Below are positions 22,201-30,643 of a DNA stretch of 64,000 nt, piece after piece. Below the pieces are notes generated by a model. It did not search any database. It was not told where the DNA came from and worked only from the letters and a program-made list of their open reading frames with translations. The first letter of the stretch is position 1. Every line of letters starts with the position of its first letter. The stretch covers positions 40,012 to 104,011 of the forward strand of contig JADJOD010000005.1 in assembly GCA_016713985.1 (NCBI GenBank), written 5' to 3'. Both the position numbers and the translations under genes were made by a program. The DNA is from Lewinellaceae bacterium. GTDB taxonomy: Bacteria > Bacteroidota > Bacteroidia > Chitinophagales > Saprospiraceae.

Positions 22201-23237
22201 CCCTGCCATCCTCCGTTGGTGGTGCGGGCGCCGAGATTCAGGTCGGTCGTCAAACCTGCAGGCGCATTCATCGCACTGATGTCTGCGAGTACGCCGTCGA
22301 GGTAAAGTTGGCCCTGGTTGTTGCTGTACGTCAGCGCAATGTGGTGCCAGGCGTTTTTGGTGCTGTCCGGGAAATTGACGGAAAAAGTACCCGCTGCCAC
22401 ACCCGGCGCATTGACCATGATACCTTCCTGAGCGCCGGCACTGTTAAGCGCCTGAATATAAAGTGAATACGGTGCGAACTGAATCACTCCTGCATTGGCC
22501 GCCGCCGTGTTGGTTTTTATCCAAAAAGCCAGGGACCACTGCGACAGGATCGGCAAGAGGGTATTGACGGATGTGTCGGCTTCGGCAAAAGCGCCGTCGG
22601 TTGCCCCGAATTTGGCCGAAAAACCCTGCATCGGCATAAGCGTCACCAGGGCGCCGGGCACCGGGCTGCCATTTACGGTTTCTACCAAACCCGTCACCAC
22701 GCCGTTGGGCACCTGAAATCCGAGGGCCTTACCCGGCACTCCTTCGCCGTAAATATTCACGCCGCGCACTTCATAGTTGTAAGGTTGGCCGGCGATGACG
22801 TTGAAGTCGTTGTAACTCCGGGTGTTTTTGTCGACAGAGGCCAGAAAAATGCCGTCGCGATAAATATTAAAGCCGCCGTCGAAGCTGGGGCTGAGCGGAT
22901 CCACGGCCCAGCGGAGCTGGATGCGGTCGAGCAGATCGCCCTGTGTGGCCACCACGGAGGGGGCGGTGGGCGGCGCGACGAAGCGCATCCAGAAACCTGC
23001 CCCGGCACTGTAATACTGGTTGTAAAACGTGCCGACCAGCGGTTCGCCAACGGAAGAGTTGTGACGGTTTTTGTTGTTAAAAGCGCCCGTGACACTTCCG
23101 TAATTGAAAAAAATGCCTCCTGTATACGTCTCCGTGCCCGTTGCGCCGCCTGCACAGTTGGCATCCTGTGCCAACAATTGCGACCCCGAGGCACACCAAA
23201 GCGTGAGCAGGAAAAATATGCTGCGGATATTTTTCAT
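16248..23237 (-). CDS. Giant (2329 aa) secreted protein with an FN3-like domain, at least two LamG/concanavalin-like domains and a T9SS C-terminal sorting domain
   Basis: The signal peptide is MKNIRSIFFLLTLWCASGSQLLAQ; the ORF-track start at 23306 reads through upstream repeat sequence. LamG-type segments are WHHIALTYSNNQGQLYLDGV...GRMDELRIYTRKLDELDLGEI and YQHLAFTID...FDGLIDEVAFYDTTLTEAKIQEH. The CTD is FDIQPNPFNEATTLLYDADHGGELDVFITDVSGRALE...LPAGVYFVKMESAEGTMARKVVRE. Confidence 0.85.
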   Translation of the reverse strand: MKNIRSIFFLLTLWCASGSQLLAQDANCAGGATGTETYTGGIFFNYGSVTGAFNNKNRHNSSVGEPLVGTFYNQYYSAGAGFWMRFVAPPTAPSVVATQGDLLDRIQLRWAVDPLSPSFDGGFNIYRDGIFLASVDKNTRSYNDFNVIAGQPYNYEVRGVNIYGEGVPGKALGFQVPNGVVTGLVETVNGSPVPGALVTLMPMQGFSAKFGATDGAFAEADTSVNTLLPILSQWSLAFWIKTNTAAANAGVIQFAPYSLYIQALNSAGAQEGIMVNAPGVAAGTFSVNFPDSTKNAWHHIALTYSNNQGQLYLDGVLADISAMNAPAGLTTDLNLGARTTNGGWQGRMDELRIYTRKLDELDLGEIMEGTASSTTPGLMTYWKMDEEQGSKSFDVVRRNKLYFCGAQFDTDRPPVRTSAITNDDGYYRIESASYGTGTTFLAEPFKNFYRHRALKFNRSMLDYATLPDFSLPPKATIEAWVNNASPNGNQVILSKKWDTSNEFRLVLTQSGTDNIIRIHFNGVNQDFGLLGNGYQHLAFTIDSSGADRTVTGYKNGAPIGSFTFSGISGNWSDTTETWLLGTRKQGAGYTAFFDGLIDEVAFYDTTLTEAKIQEHAQISRDPQERGLHAYFSFDEGSGNRLNNSGSLLTGSGTSFGTEWSPFAPNQSTTPHEFTPTTRQVTLNPSVTSVDQVDFTDRSTVAVSGFVRYKNTDCFAEQVEILINGESYSPPIFSDSTGKFLIDLDPGATVTLSPKFEDHVFTPAFWDLANVVNPVAGILFNDITTRKITGQVAGGECRKPVLKNVGTPQGTVCTVKVRSTDGCFERIITLDNEEGKFEFGNLPPIAMTVAVTEHSDPAIKTFFQVSGGITADLTQKDTAVTDFIYYAPPVIEVSSGLEAYSPDCQVIVMDQFEQKTMTIRLKEVYAGGDCYVDTAHFKIINGFADELKDTAMSMGTLQYTFTVGVPNSTPPYLKTMQIVATPLSGNETSLVVQAVVTGTRIKETTFTTKLPETPFFVLHDPPGDGSYAFIEKNTTICNETSVGFAIDTANHGGVQFNTLPELEIVLPLIGTVEDFTPLLGGSGGGIIAYQDLTDTIYQTCITFDERVSTNDGDLIVGDAQGGDVFVGFAQNLKFGNIDEVTFEDCEASVIESVFVSPGDFATKFIYSEFEITEYVIPNLEKLASDPGTSPDDASTYNLSIQRWNQIIADNRTRKDTAQYNENITFGSGSNYEYSITSDTTNTTLVSSDSIRGSEGEFVAGVYFNNAGFNAYAQFSKSRTFSRSAGTEAKSGVTVGYTLNDDDMGDFFTFDVGLDPVYNTPIFRLAAGQSSCPWEPGTAHREGCLLSMRDGDGPVKVDVPANEPAVFKMTLSNTSSTNETWTYALTAGPESNPHGAQIKVNGGSLNGYVLYAIPWGTSIPVTITLERGPEEYDYDSLEVVFYSLCEDERATALGIAPDDHTILYSPIYISAHFIRPCSEVAINVPEQDWVIFPDPLTPGPDNERRITVSGYDTTVTDFQLVRVQYRRSDGDGAWINIPGISDRYNPNWSGYAALPNPKPPVLQPTFTQFFWETEGLSDGPYEIRAVAVCTGDASDKPGFSQVIKGRIDREPPSLVGVPQPSDGVYQVGDEISFTFNKHINCDKLIPADVTQPNNVGLYDAVSGELIDIAVTCFENKIVLDPSFQNEFFENHILRAELHDIQDKTGNTLLQSEWEFYVDRNELAWLTDSAGMTKNEGETKTVTASIHNRGGYPVPFTITGAPDWVRVVPNSGTLVANEVRPITFEVDSTLAFGHWADTIVLHTETGLNPFFMGGDEPLPFGVRVVCRPPDWDLDAGIYPVTMNMVVKPDIEGEFSLDAEDIVAAYIGDELRGRAHVMYVPQVNQYLAYLTIYGESDESGEPVLLQIWDASACLRYGTVQEVFTFQPDNVIGTPIAPQMVHTNSLVLREIPFSDGWNWVSFNLAFPDPMINPTLASLNHPDNDLIKGQSVFSMYSSGWFGSLTSLTNTTMYQFRADQPDTLNMLGNLIDPSSVNIPLVSGWNWLGYLPNFALPVNEALSSLTPQNGDIIKSQTAFAQYISGFGWLGNLKFMQPPLGYQIRLGNAGALTYPDDHFKPDGPVDERGDPTATAFWQVNPAQYEHSMTLIGMRSQNGENTTPSNTELGAFAGGELRGAAQAVWVEPLGAHLYFLTTYANTTGELLHFKLYDPADGSINDLSETMYFASDLHQGTIEDPVPFTLQTSAIANLSISQRFDIQPNPFNEATTLLYDADHGGELDVFITDVSGRALEHFRWEVRQGKNVYTWLPEKSLPAGVYFVKMESAEGTMARKVVRE

Positions 23238-23302
23238 GGTAAAAACAAGGGAATGATGAATGATAAATGAAAAGTGGGGAATTCCCGGGCAGCAATCGGA
23301 AA

Positions 23303-24861
23303 TCACTTCCGATCGCTGCCGCTGTTACCGCGGGTGCTGCTGCTTGCCCGGAGTGCGTTCACGTCGGCACGGAGTTCGTTCAATGCCTCGCGCAAGGCGG
23401 CGTTTTCAGCCTGGAGGTTTGAAAAATCTGCCCGGTTTTGCGCTTTTTCCTGCTTCAAAGCGGCGATCTGTTGTTGTTGTTCGCGCAACAACGGAATGAT
23501 GTACACCACCATCCGGTCGTACATCAAGGCATCCGGGCGGCCCTGTTCGTCGTACACGACCAATTGTTTCAGACCTAAAACGTCGAGTTCTTCGGCAATA
23601 AAACCAATCTCCCACTCGTGGGGGCGCCCGGGACGGGTATACTTTTTCGGTTCGGCAAGCAACAGCCGGCTGAAATCTGCCGTCAGGGGCGTAATTTGCT
23701 CTTTATATCGCGCCGACGAAGTGGCTTTTACGATTCTTCCATCGGACTGAATGCCGAGCGCGGCGCCCGTGCCCGTAGAAACTTCAGCATAGACATCGGA
23801 GGAAGTGATCCGCATTTTCTGGGTATTATCCGCATAAAAACTCACGGATCCGGCATCCAGGGAAAACATACCGGAATCATCGTCGCCCCCCGTTTGAAAG
23901 GCGTAACCATTGTGGTTTGCACCAAAAGCGCCGGGTGCGCCACCGCGGGCGAGCATGCCGCCGGCTAAATACAGGCGATCCTGGTTCAGTTCAAGCCGTT
24001 CCACGTTGTTGGTAAAAAGGCTTACAGTGCCATCACCGAGGCTGTACAGGCCGGAGTCGTTGTCACCGTTGTTGCCGGCAAAGGCGTAGCCGTTTTTGTT
24101 TGAGCCGCTGGCGCCGGGCGCGCCGCCACGCGCAACAATATTTTGTTCGGCCAGCACCGGCCCACCAATCCGGACAAGCCCGCCGGAGGGTGGGTTCAGT
24201 TGAATTTCACTGGCTGAGCCGAAGCACAACAGTTGCAGGTTGCCCTGATTGTTACCGATCCGGAATGTATTGCCGCTTACCTGTTGGTTGAAGCCCAAAT
24301 ATCCGCCCAATACGTCCGCTTTTTTCAGGTACAATTCCGTGACGCCATTATCGGGGCCTTCCACCAGAATTTTGGCTGAGCCGCCGGAAACCGTGTTTTT
24401 TACGTGGAGTTTCTCCGTAGGTGTTGCAGCGCCGATCCCCACATTTCCGGAAGAGGGGAATTTGTTGTCCTGCCCGATCAACGACAACGCATACGGCGCC
24501 GAGGTAAGCGGGATACGTGGTATCATCTCGGAACCTGAACCCACCGCCACACTGACAAAATAAGGCTCCGTGAAAGGAATATTGAGGGCAGTGACCGATC
24601 CCAGCACCGCGCTGTAGATGCCGCCGGTCACTTCCACCGTGGGTTGTATTTCCGTCCAAATGGCCGAGCCGCCGGTTTCGACGTTGTAAATACGAAACTT
24701 GAGGGAATACTCGCCATCCGTCAATGCAGTGCCGTCGCTTTTTTTAAGGAAACCCTGGATACTCAACTTGGCCTGGGCATGAAGGGTTGTAGTAAAAGCA
24801 GCAAAAACAAAATCGTCAGAAGTGTTGCCGGGATAGTGTGGAATGCAAAACTGCTTTTCAT
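23303..24861 (-). pseudogene. Tail-fibre-like protein with a C-terminal peptidase S74 (intramolecular chaperone, endosialidase-type) domain and a coiled coil. The signal peptide is separated by one frame break.
   Basis: The S74-type segment is SSARYKEQITPLTADFSRLLLAEPKKYTR...EIGFIAEELDVLGLKQLVVYDEQGRPDALMYDRMVVYIIPLLREQQQQIAAL. Fibre-like VGIGAATPTEKLHVKN is present. The upstream ORF 24763..24948 encodes MKSSFAFHTIPATLLTILFLLL.... It joins as ...LLLFTTTLHAQAKLSIQGFLKK if one base is added to the run at 24794-24797. Confidence 0.8.
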
Positions 24862-24961
24862 AGTAGAAAAAAAATTGAACAAGTGAAGAAGTAGGTGCGG
24901 TGCCGAAGGTTTCATTGCCGGGGCTGCGACAAAGGTGCCGGCAGGCACACGTACCGGTTTC

Positions 24962-25037
24962 CCACTATCTGTTCAACGCAGTGGAGCATTTGTTCCGACA
25001 GGCGGACTATTTATTCGGAAAGGTGGACTATTTGTTC
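24962..25037 (-). promoter_or_regulatory. Array of four 13-bp direct repeats (minus strand GAAYARATRSTSS; best copies GAACAAATAGTCC and GAATAAATAGTCC) at exact 21-bp spacing, upstream of the tail-fibre/giant operon
   Basis: The plus-strand copies start at 24962 (ccactatctgttc), 24983 (ggagcatttgttc), 25004 (ggactatttattc) and 25025 (ggactatttgttc). The array lies 100-176 nt upstream of the start at 24861 and 56 nt downstream of the HTCS #2 stop. Confidence 0.6.
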
Positions 25038-25092
25038 AGGAGAGCCGGCGACTGGCGTCTAATTTACTCTTTTTCAGATCATTAGACCTTTT

Positions 25093-28000
25093 TTATTCGC
25101 AAGGCGGAAGGCGTTGTCTCAAATTCTTCTGAAAAGGCCCGGCTGAAAAATTTCGGATCGTTGAACCCACTTCATAAGCGATTTCGGACACAGTGAAGGT
25201 CGTGGAGAGCAGTAACTGACGCGCTTTTTGCAGCCGGATGAGTCGGATGTAGATATTAAGCGAGCGACCGGTCAGGGCGGATAATTTTCGATACACCACC
25301 GGATAACTCATGCCGAGAGTTCGGCACACGTCTTCTCCGGTCAGGGTGGAGTCCCCAAGGCGGCTTTCTACGGCGGCCCGCAATTTTTGCAAAAAAACGT
25401 CCTCGTTGTTCGGTGATTGGAAGTCTGTAGACGGAGTGGTCGATTCACCCGTCGCCAAACCCCAATCTTTATTCGAATACTTCGCCTGCAATTTCCGGCG
25501 CAGCTCCAACAAGTTGCTCAACACTGCCCGCAATTCGTCGGGGTGAAAAGGTTTGGCCAAATAAGCGTCTGCGCCCTGGCGCAGCCCGGCGATACGGTCG
25601 TCCACACCGGCTTTTGCCGTCAGCAACACAATGGGAATATGGCTGCTGCGCTCGTCGTTTTTCAGCGTATCGCACACCTCAAAACCGTCTTTTTCGGGCA
25701 TCATCACGTCAGAAATGATCAGATCGGGGATACTTTCGACAGCCCGTTCGATACCCGCCCGGCCATTGCGGGCCAGCATGACCTGGTACTGTTCGCGCAC
25801 ACAAGCGGCCACATAATCCGCCACATCGGCGTGGTCTTCCACGATCAGCACCGAGGGGCGTTGGTCGGAATCTCCGGTATGATCTTGTACCGGCAACAAG
25901 GGCGCGGTCGGGGTGGGGAAGGCTGGCAAAGCCGGCGGGAAGGCCGGCAAAGCCGGAACGCCGGCTTCCAGGCGGCTCGTCAACGGCAGTAACACCGTAA
26001 AAACAGACCCTCCCCCTCCCGATATTGGGTCGGGGCTGCTCACCGAAATGTCGCCCTGCATGAGTCTGACTAATTCGCGGGCCAGGGCGAGTCCGATACC
26101 GGTGCCGCCGCTGTGGCGGGTGGAAGAATCATCGGCCTGGTAAAAACGGTCGAAAACATATGGCAATTTTTCGGGCGCGATGCCTACACCCGTGTCTTTC
26201 ACCCGCAGCGACAACCAGGGTTGATTTTTTTGCACGATCTCCTTGATTTGCACATAAATATGCCCGCCGTCGGGGGTGAATTTGATGGCATTGGAGAGCA
26301 GATTGACAACAATCGTCTGCATTCTTTCCGGGTCGTAATCCATTTCCACTGCGGGGCTATCCGACAAAAAATGCAGTTGTACGCCCTGCCCTGTGGCATA
26401 GGAGTGAAAGGATTCGGTGATGTATTTGATGAACATCACCACGTCGCCCCGCTGCAACTGGAGCCTCATGTTACCCGATTCGAGTTTGGAGAGGTCGAGC
26501 AGTTGGTTGATGAGTTGCAGCAGTTGCGATCCGTTGCGTTGTACCGTTTCCAGCAGCAACTCCTGGGGCCTTGCTCCCTGCCCGGCCAGATATTGCTTGA
26601 CTTGCTCCGTCACACCGAGAATGACGGTCAGCGGTGTGCGAAACTCGTGCGTAATGTTGGTGTAAAGCCGGGTTTTGACCTGGTCGAGTTCCTGGAGGCG
26701 CCGGGTTTCGGCATGGTCGAGCCGGCGGCGCAACTGGATTTGATAGAAGCCGTAAGCCGCGCCTGCTGCCAATAACAAATACAGCGCGCAGGCCCACCAC
26801 GAGGCATACCAGGGCGGGTGGATCAGGATGCGCAGGGTGGCAGGTGCGTCATTCCATACGCCATCGCTGTTGGCCGTTTTTACTTTAAATGTATACGTAC
26901 CGGGCGACAGGTTGAGGTATTGCGCCGTATGTTCGAAGCCCTTGTGCGCCCATTCGGATTCGGCCCCTTCGAGGTAAAATTGGAACTGGTTGCGCTCCGG
27001 TTTTGCATAGTCTAAGGCGGCGAATTGAAGGAGCAGGTTGTTTTGGGAATAATCCAGTTCGAGCATTTCCGTGAACTCGATACCCCGGGTCAGGAGGGAA
27101 GCCGAGTCCCGGGGGTCCAGCAACCGGCCATTGATATTCAATGCCGTAAGGCGCACTTTCGGCGCTTGCGCATTAACCGACAAGTCATTGGGGTCAAAAA
27201 TCGTCAGGCCGTTTACGCCGCCGAAAACCAGCCGGCCATCCGGCATTTTGCCATAAGAATAAGTGTTGAACTCATTACCCGGCAAACCATCCGATTGCAG
27301 GAAATATTGAAACCGCCGGGTGGCGGGGTCAAATTTGTTCAAACCTTTGTTGGTGCTGAGCCACAAGTTATTGCCTTCCGGTACAATGCCGTATACCACA
27401 TCATCCGACAGGCCGTTGCGGGTATTAAAATGGGTGAAGTGACCGGTGCGTGTGTCCAGCCGGCTCATCCCCCCGCCACCGGTACCGATCCACAGGATGT
27501 TGGCATCCGCCGGGTCGATCAGCAGGCATTTGATGTTGTTGGCGGGCAGGCTGTTGCGATTATTGGGATCATTTTGCAACTTGCTGAAGCGGTAGCCACC
27601 CGCAGCATCCGGTTGTGCCCGGACGATATTTTTGGTCAGCGCAATCCAGTGGCTGCCGTCTGCGGTCACCGCCGCTGCCAGCACGCTGGGTTCACCCACA
27701 CCAAACGGGCTGTAATCGTATGCCGTGAATTGCCGGCTTTTTTGGTCGAAACGCAGCATCCGGTAAGGCAGATAAACCCAGATAACATCGGGCGCTTCGT
27801 GGCGCAATGCGAGCACGTCGAAATAACGTTGCGGGTCAAGGGCGTATTGAAAAACCTCCGTGCGGCCACTGCCTGGCTGGTAATGGATCAATTTGCCCTG
27901 CTGTTTCCGTGTATCCTGGCCACTTGTCCACAGGTCGCCGGCATTGTCGGATACGGTGAAAAGCGAAACCATATCCTGCGCCGCTTTCGCAAACGGGTAA

Positions 28001-29151
28001 GGCATCAACTGTCCGGTAGTCAGGTTCAGTCGATTGAATAATGATCTTTTAAAAACGGGCTGGTTGATACGCCCGAGCCAAATATCGCCCTGCGCGTCTG
28101 TAAAAGGCGGGCTGTAAATTGAAAGCCCCGGCAAGTAATTTTTGAAAGCGGCAGCGCGTGGGTTGAACCGACGGATGCCGTGTGCATTGGTGCCAAACCA
28201 CACGATACCGAACTGGTCGGTAAGGCTGCTCACCACACCTTCGGGTATTGTTAAACGCAATGCAGCTTGTGCCGGCCCAATGGTCGGCGGCAAATGTTGC
28301 AAGTCAAAATGAAAACCGCAGATCTCCTCCATATCTATCCAGATCAGCTGCTTGCGCGGGTCGAAATGCCGCAGGGCGTTCACCGGGCGCTCTGTACGAA
28401 TCAAATGCCAGGGAGCATTCAGCCGGGTCGCGTCTAAGTGCGCAAGCAGATGGCGGTTACCGAGCCAAACCCCGTTGGCGCCGTCATTCGCCAGGTACAT
28501 CATCGTGTCCCGGCCCGGTACCTCGAATCGCCGGATTTGGCGCGAAGCCGGGTCCAAACGATACACCTCCCGCCCGTTCGGCTCAAGCAACCACAACATA
28601 CGCCCGTCTTCGCTCAATACCACATCCCGGCAGTTTATTTCCGCCGATAAGTCTTCCAAATTCTGAATCTGTTGCTGCGGGCCGGCGTTCCTGATTTTTT
28701 CCTTCACTTCGGGTGTCAGCACCAAACGTCGTATCGGGGTTTTTCGCTCGAAAATATACAAGGTACTGCCTCCATCACTCAATGCGTACGCGGCCTTCGA
28801 GGCAACATGATAAAAACGGCGTGTTTGCCGGTCGAGCAAGTCAATACCTGCATAAGTCAGAACGCACAAAAACTCGCCCGCTTCCGCCACGTTTAGAATG
28901 CCGTTGTGCGAAATGGAATAGGGATCGTAAGGGTCGTGCTGGAAGACCAAAAACTCGTATCCGTCGTAGCGGCACAAGCCGTCGTTGGTGCCAAACCACA
29001 GAAATCCTTCGCGGTCCTGGCAGATAGACACGACATAGCCCTGCGGCAACCCCTGCTCGATGGTTATTTTTCCCAACTCCAGCGAGGTTTGTGCGGGCAT
29101 TGATCGCTGCACAAAAAAGATCAGGCAAAGCAGGGTGAACGAGCGGAGCAT
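25093..29151 (-). CDS. Hybrid two-component system sensor kinase/response regulator with AraC-type HTH (HTCS #2, intact, 1352 aa)
   Basis: The gene encodes a signal peptide and periplasmic propeller repeats, then a Y_Y_Y-like region (GTYTFKVKTANSDGVWN) and a TM segment. It also has the H-box ITHEFRTPLTVILG, HATPase GGTGIGLALARELVRLMQG, a REC domain (VLIVEDHADVADYV...DLIISDVMMPEKDGFEV...PIVLLTAKA) and an AraC HTH (IRLIRLQKARQLLLSTTFTVSEIAYEVG). Confidence 0.9.
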   Translation of the reverse strand: MLRSFTLLCLIFFVQRSMPAQTSLELGKITIEQGLPQGYVVSICQDREGFLWFGTNDGLCRYDGYEFLVFQHDPYDPYSISHNGILNVAEAGEFLCVLTYAGIDLLDRQTRRFYHVASKAAYALSDGGSTLYIFERKTPIRRLVLTPEVKEKIRNAGPQQQIQNLEDLSAEINCRDVVLSEDGRMLWLLEPNGREVYRLDPASRQIRRFEVPGRDTMMYLANDGANGVWLGNRHLLAHLDATRLNAPWHLIRTERPVNALRHFDPRKQLIWIDMEEICGFHFDLQHLPPTIGPAQAALRLTIPEGVVSSLTDQFGIVWFGTNAHGIRRFNPRAAAFKNYLPGLSIYSPPFTDAQGDIWLGRINQPVFKRSLFNRLNLTTGQLMPYPFAKAAQDMVSLFTVSDNAGDLWTSGQDTRKQQGKLIHYQPGSGRTEVFQYALDPQRYFDVLALRHEAPDVIWVYLPYRMLRFDQKSRQFTAYDYSPFGVGEPSVLAAAVTADGSHWIALTKNIVRAQPDAAGGYRFSKLQNDPNNRNSLPANNIKCLLIDPADANILWIGTGGGGMSRLDTRTGHFTHFNTRNGLSDDVVYGIVPEGNNLWLSTNKGLNKFDPATRRFQYFLQSDGLPGNEFNTYSYGKMPDGRLVFGGVNGLTIFDPNDLSVNAQAPKVRLTALNINGRLLDPRDSASLLTRGIEFTEMLELDYSQNNLLLQFAALDYAKPERNQFQFYLEGAESEWAHKGFEHTAQYLNLSPGTYTFKVKTANSDGVWNDAPATLRILIHPPWYASWWACALYLLLAAGAAYGFYQIQLRRRLDHAETRRLQELDQVKTRLYTNITHEFRTPLTVILGVTEQVKQYLAGQGARPQELLLETVQRNGSQLLQLINQLLDLSKLESGNMRLQLQRGDVVMFIKYITESFHSYATGQGVQLHFLSDSPAVEMDYDPERMQTIVVNLLSNAIKFTPDGGHIYVQIKEIVQKNQPWLSLRVKDTGVGIAPEKLPYVFDRFYQADDSSTRHSGGTGIGLALARELVRLMQGDISVSSPDPISGGGGSVFTVLLPLTSRLEAGVPALPAFPPALPAFPTPTAPLLPVQDHTGDSDQRPSVLIVEDHADVADYVAACVREQYQVMLARNGRAGIERAVESIPDLIISDVMMPEKDGFEVCDTLKNDERSSHIPIVLLTAKAGVDDRIAGLRQGADAYLAKPFHPDELRAVLSNLLELRRKLQAKYSNKDWGLATGESTTPSTDFQSPNNEDVFLQKLRAAVESRLGDSTLTGEDVCRTLGMSYPVVYRKLSALTGRSLNIYIRLIRLQKARQLLLSTTFTVSEIAYEVGSTIRNFSAGPFQKNLRQRLPPCE

Positions 29152-29231
29152 ATTTGTTTTCTTGGAGGCAAAGATACAGCATCATCCTTCTGCCCCTGCT
29201 AATTAGAAAGCGGCAACACAAATAAGTAGTA

Positions 29232-29308
29232 GGACGGAAATCTTCTCCGTCCAGATGATTCATTCTCAGAATGTTCGGAAGAAAACTAGTATCATTAATT
29301 TTGTCCAC
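29232..29308. repeat. Copy 1 of a ~78-bp hairpin-containing intergenic repeat, inverted relative to copy 2
   Basis: The sequence is ggacggaaatcttctccgtccagatgattcattctcagaatgttcggaagaaaactagtatcattaattttgtccac. Its reverse complement matches 35099-35175 with 3 mismatches by my hand alignment, and weaker similarity extends ~10 bp on each side. Confidence 0.85.
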
Positions 29309-29332
29309 TCACTTAGTTTTAATTAAAGATCC

Positions 29333-30643
29333 TTACCGCCTTTTCAAAACAACAAACACCCCCGCCCCCACCACCAGCAGTCCCAAACCCGGAAGCGCCT
29401 GCTCCGGCCGCTCCAACAACGTATTCACCGCAAAAGCCGCCGAAATTGCCACAAAAATTGCAGGAACCCAGGGATAACCCCAGGCCCGGACGGGGCGTTC
29501 GGCATCCTTCCTTTTGCGGCGCAACACAAAAACGGCGGCGCCGGCAAGCCCCATAAACGCGATATCCATGAAGGTGACGAAGGTGATGATCCGGTCGAAA
29601 AAGCCCTGAAAAAACAAGAGCACCGCTATGGCCCAGACGACCTGCACCAGCATGGCGACCACCGGCGTACGCCAGCGGGGATGTACAAATGCCAATTGTT
29701 TGAAAAAAATGCCGTCCTCGGCCATAGCGAAGTAAATCCGCGGCGCCGACATGGTGTAGATGCTGATGGTGCCGAAAATGGAGAGGGCGATGGCCACCGC
29801 CACGGCTTTGCCACCCCAGGGCGCTATCGTGGCCATGGCGTCGCCGGCTACACGCGGCGTTTCGGCTATGGCTTCGAGCGGCAGGAGGAACATGTAGGCG
29901 AGATTGACCAACAGGTACATGGCGATGACAATGAGCACACCCAGAAACATCGCCCTTGGCACCGTACGCGGGGCGTCGATGGCTTCACCGGCGAGATAAG
30001 ACGCGTGGTGCCAGCCGCCCACCGAAAAAAGCACGCCGATCAGGCCGGTCAGCATGGCAGTGGTCAGGTTGGCCGGTATGTTTGTGTCGAGCGAAAAGTC
30101 GAGGTGGACTTTGGCCGGGTCGAAAAAAACAAATCCGGCGACAATGATGCCGCCGATGGCCAGCAACTTCAACCCGGTAAAGAAGTTGGACAAACCCTGG
30201 CTCACATTGACGCCGAGGATATTGATTCCCGTGAGCACCAGCATGGTAGCGGCGGCGATGGCCGTTTTGGCGCCCTGGCTGATGTCGGGCACAAAAATTT
30301 TCAGGTACTCGGCAAAGGCGACACAAAGCCCGGCCAAAGCGCCCGTATTGATCACGAGTAAAATAACCCACCCGTAAAGAAATCCCGTCATCTCGCCGTA
30401 AGCTTCTTTCAAATAAACATACACGCCGCCCGATTTTGAAAACATACCGCCTAACTCGCTGAACGTCAGCGCTCCCGTCAGCGCGATCACGCCGCCGAGC
30501 GCCCATACGGCCAGCACCAGCGTCGCGTTGGGAACCGCCCCGGCAATCTGCGCGGGGGTGACAAAAATACCGGAACCGATGCAGGACCCGACCGCGATCA
30601 TCGTCAGGCCGTAGAGGGTGAGTTTTTTTTGAAGATTGGACAT
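29333..30643 (-). CDS. APC superfamily amino acid permease
   Basis: MSNLQKKLTLYGLTMIAVGSCIGSGIFVTPAQIAG is a typical APC N-terminal signature, and the protein has about 12 hydrophobic segments. The start is taken at the second Met; the ORF extends to 30676. Confidence 0.8.
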   Translation of the reverse strand: MSNLQKKLTLYGLTMIAVGSCIGSGIFVTPAQIAGAVPNATLVLAVWALGGVIALTGALTFSELGGMFSKSGGVYVYLKEAYGEMTGFLYGWVILLVINTGALAGLCVAFAEYLKIFVPDISQGAKTAIAAATMLVLTGINILGVNVSQGLSNFFTGLKLLAIGGIIVAGFVFFDPAKVHLDFSLDTNIPANLTTAMLTGLIGVLFSVGGWHHASYLAGEAIDAPRTVPRAMFLGVLIVIAMYLLVNLAYMFLLPLEAIAETPRVAGDAMATIAPWGGKAVAVAIALSIFGTISIYTMSAPRIYFAMAEDGIFFKQLAFVHPRWRTPVVAMLVQVVWAIAVLLFFQGFFDRIITFVTFMDIAFMGLAGAAVFVLRRKRKDAERPVRAWGYPWVPAIFVAISAAFAVNTLLERPEQALPGLGLLVVGAGVFVVLKRR

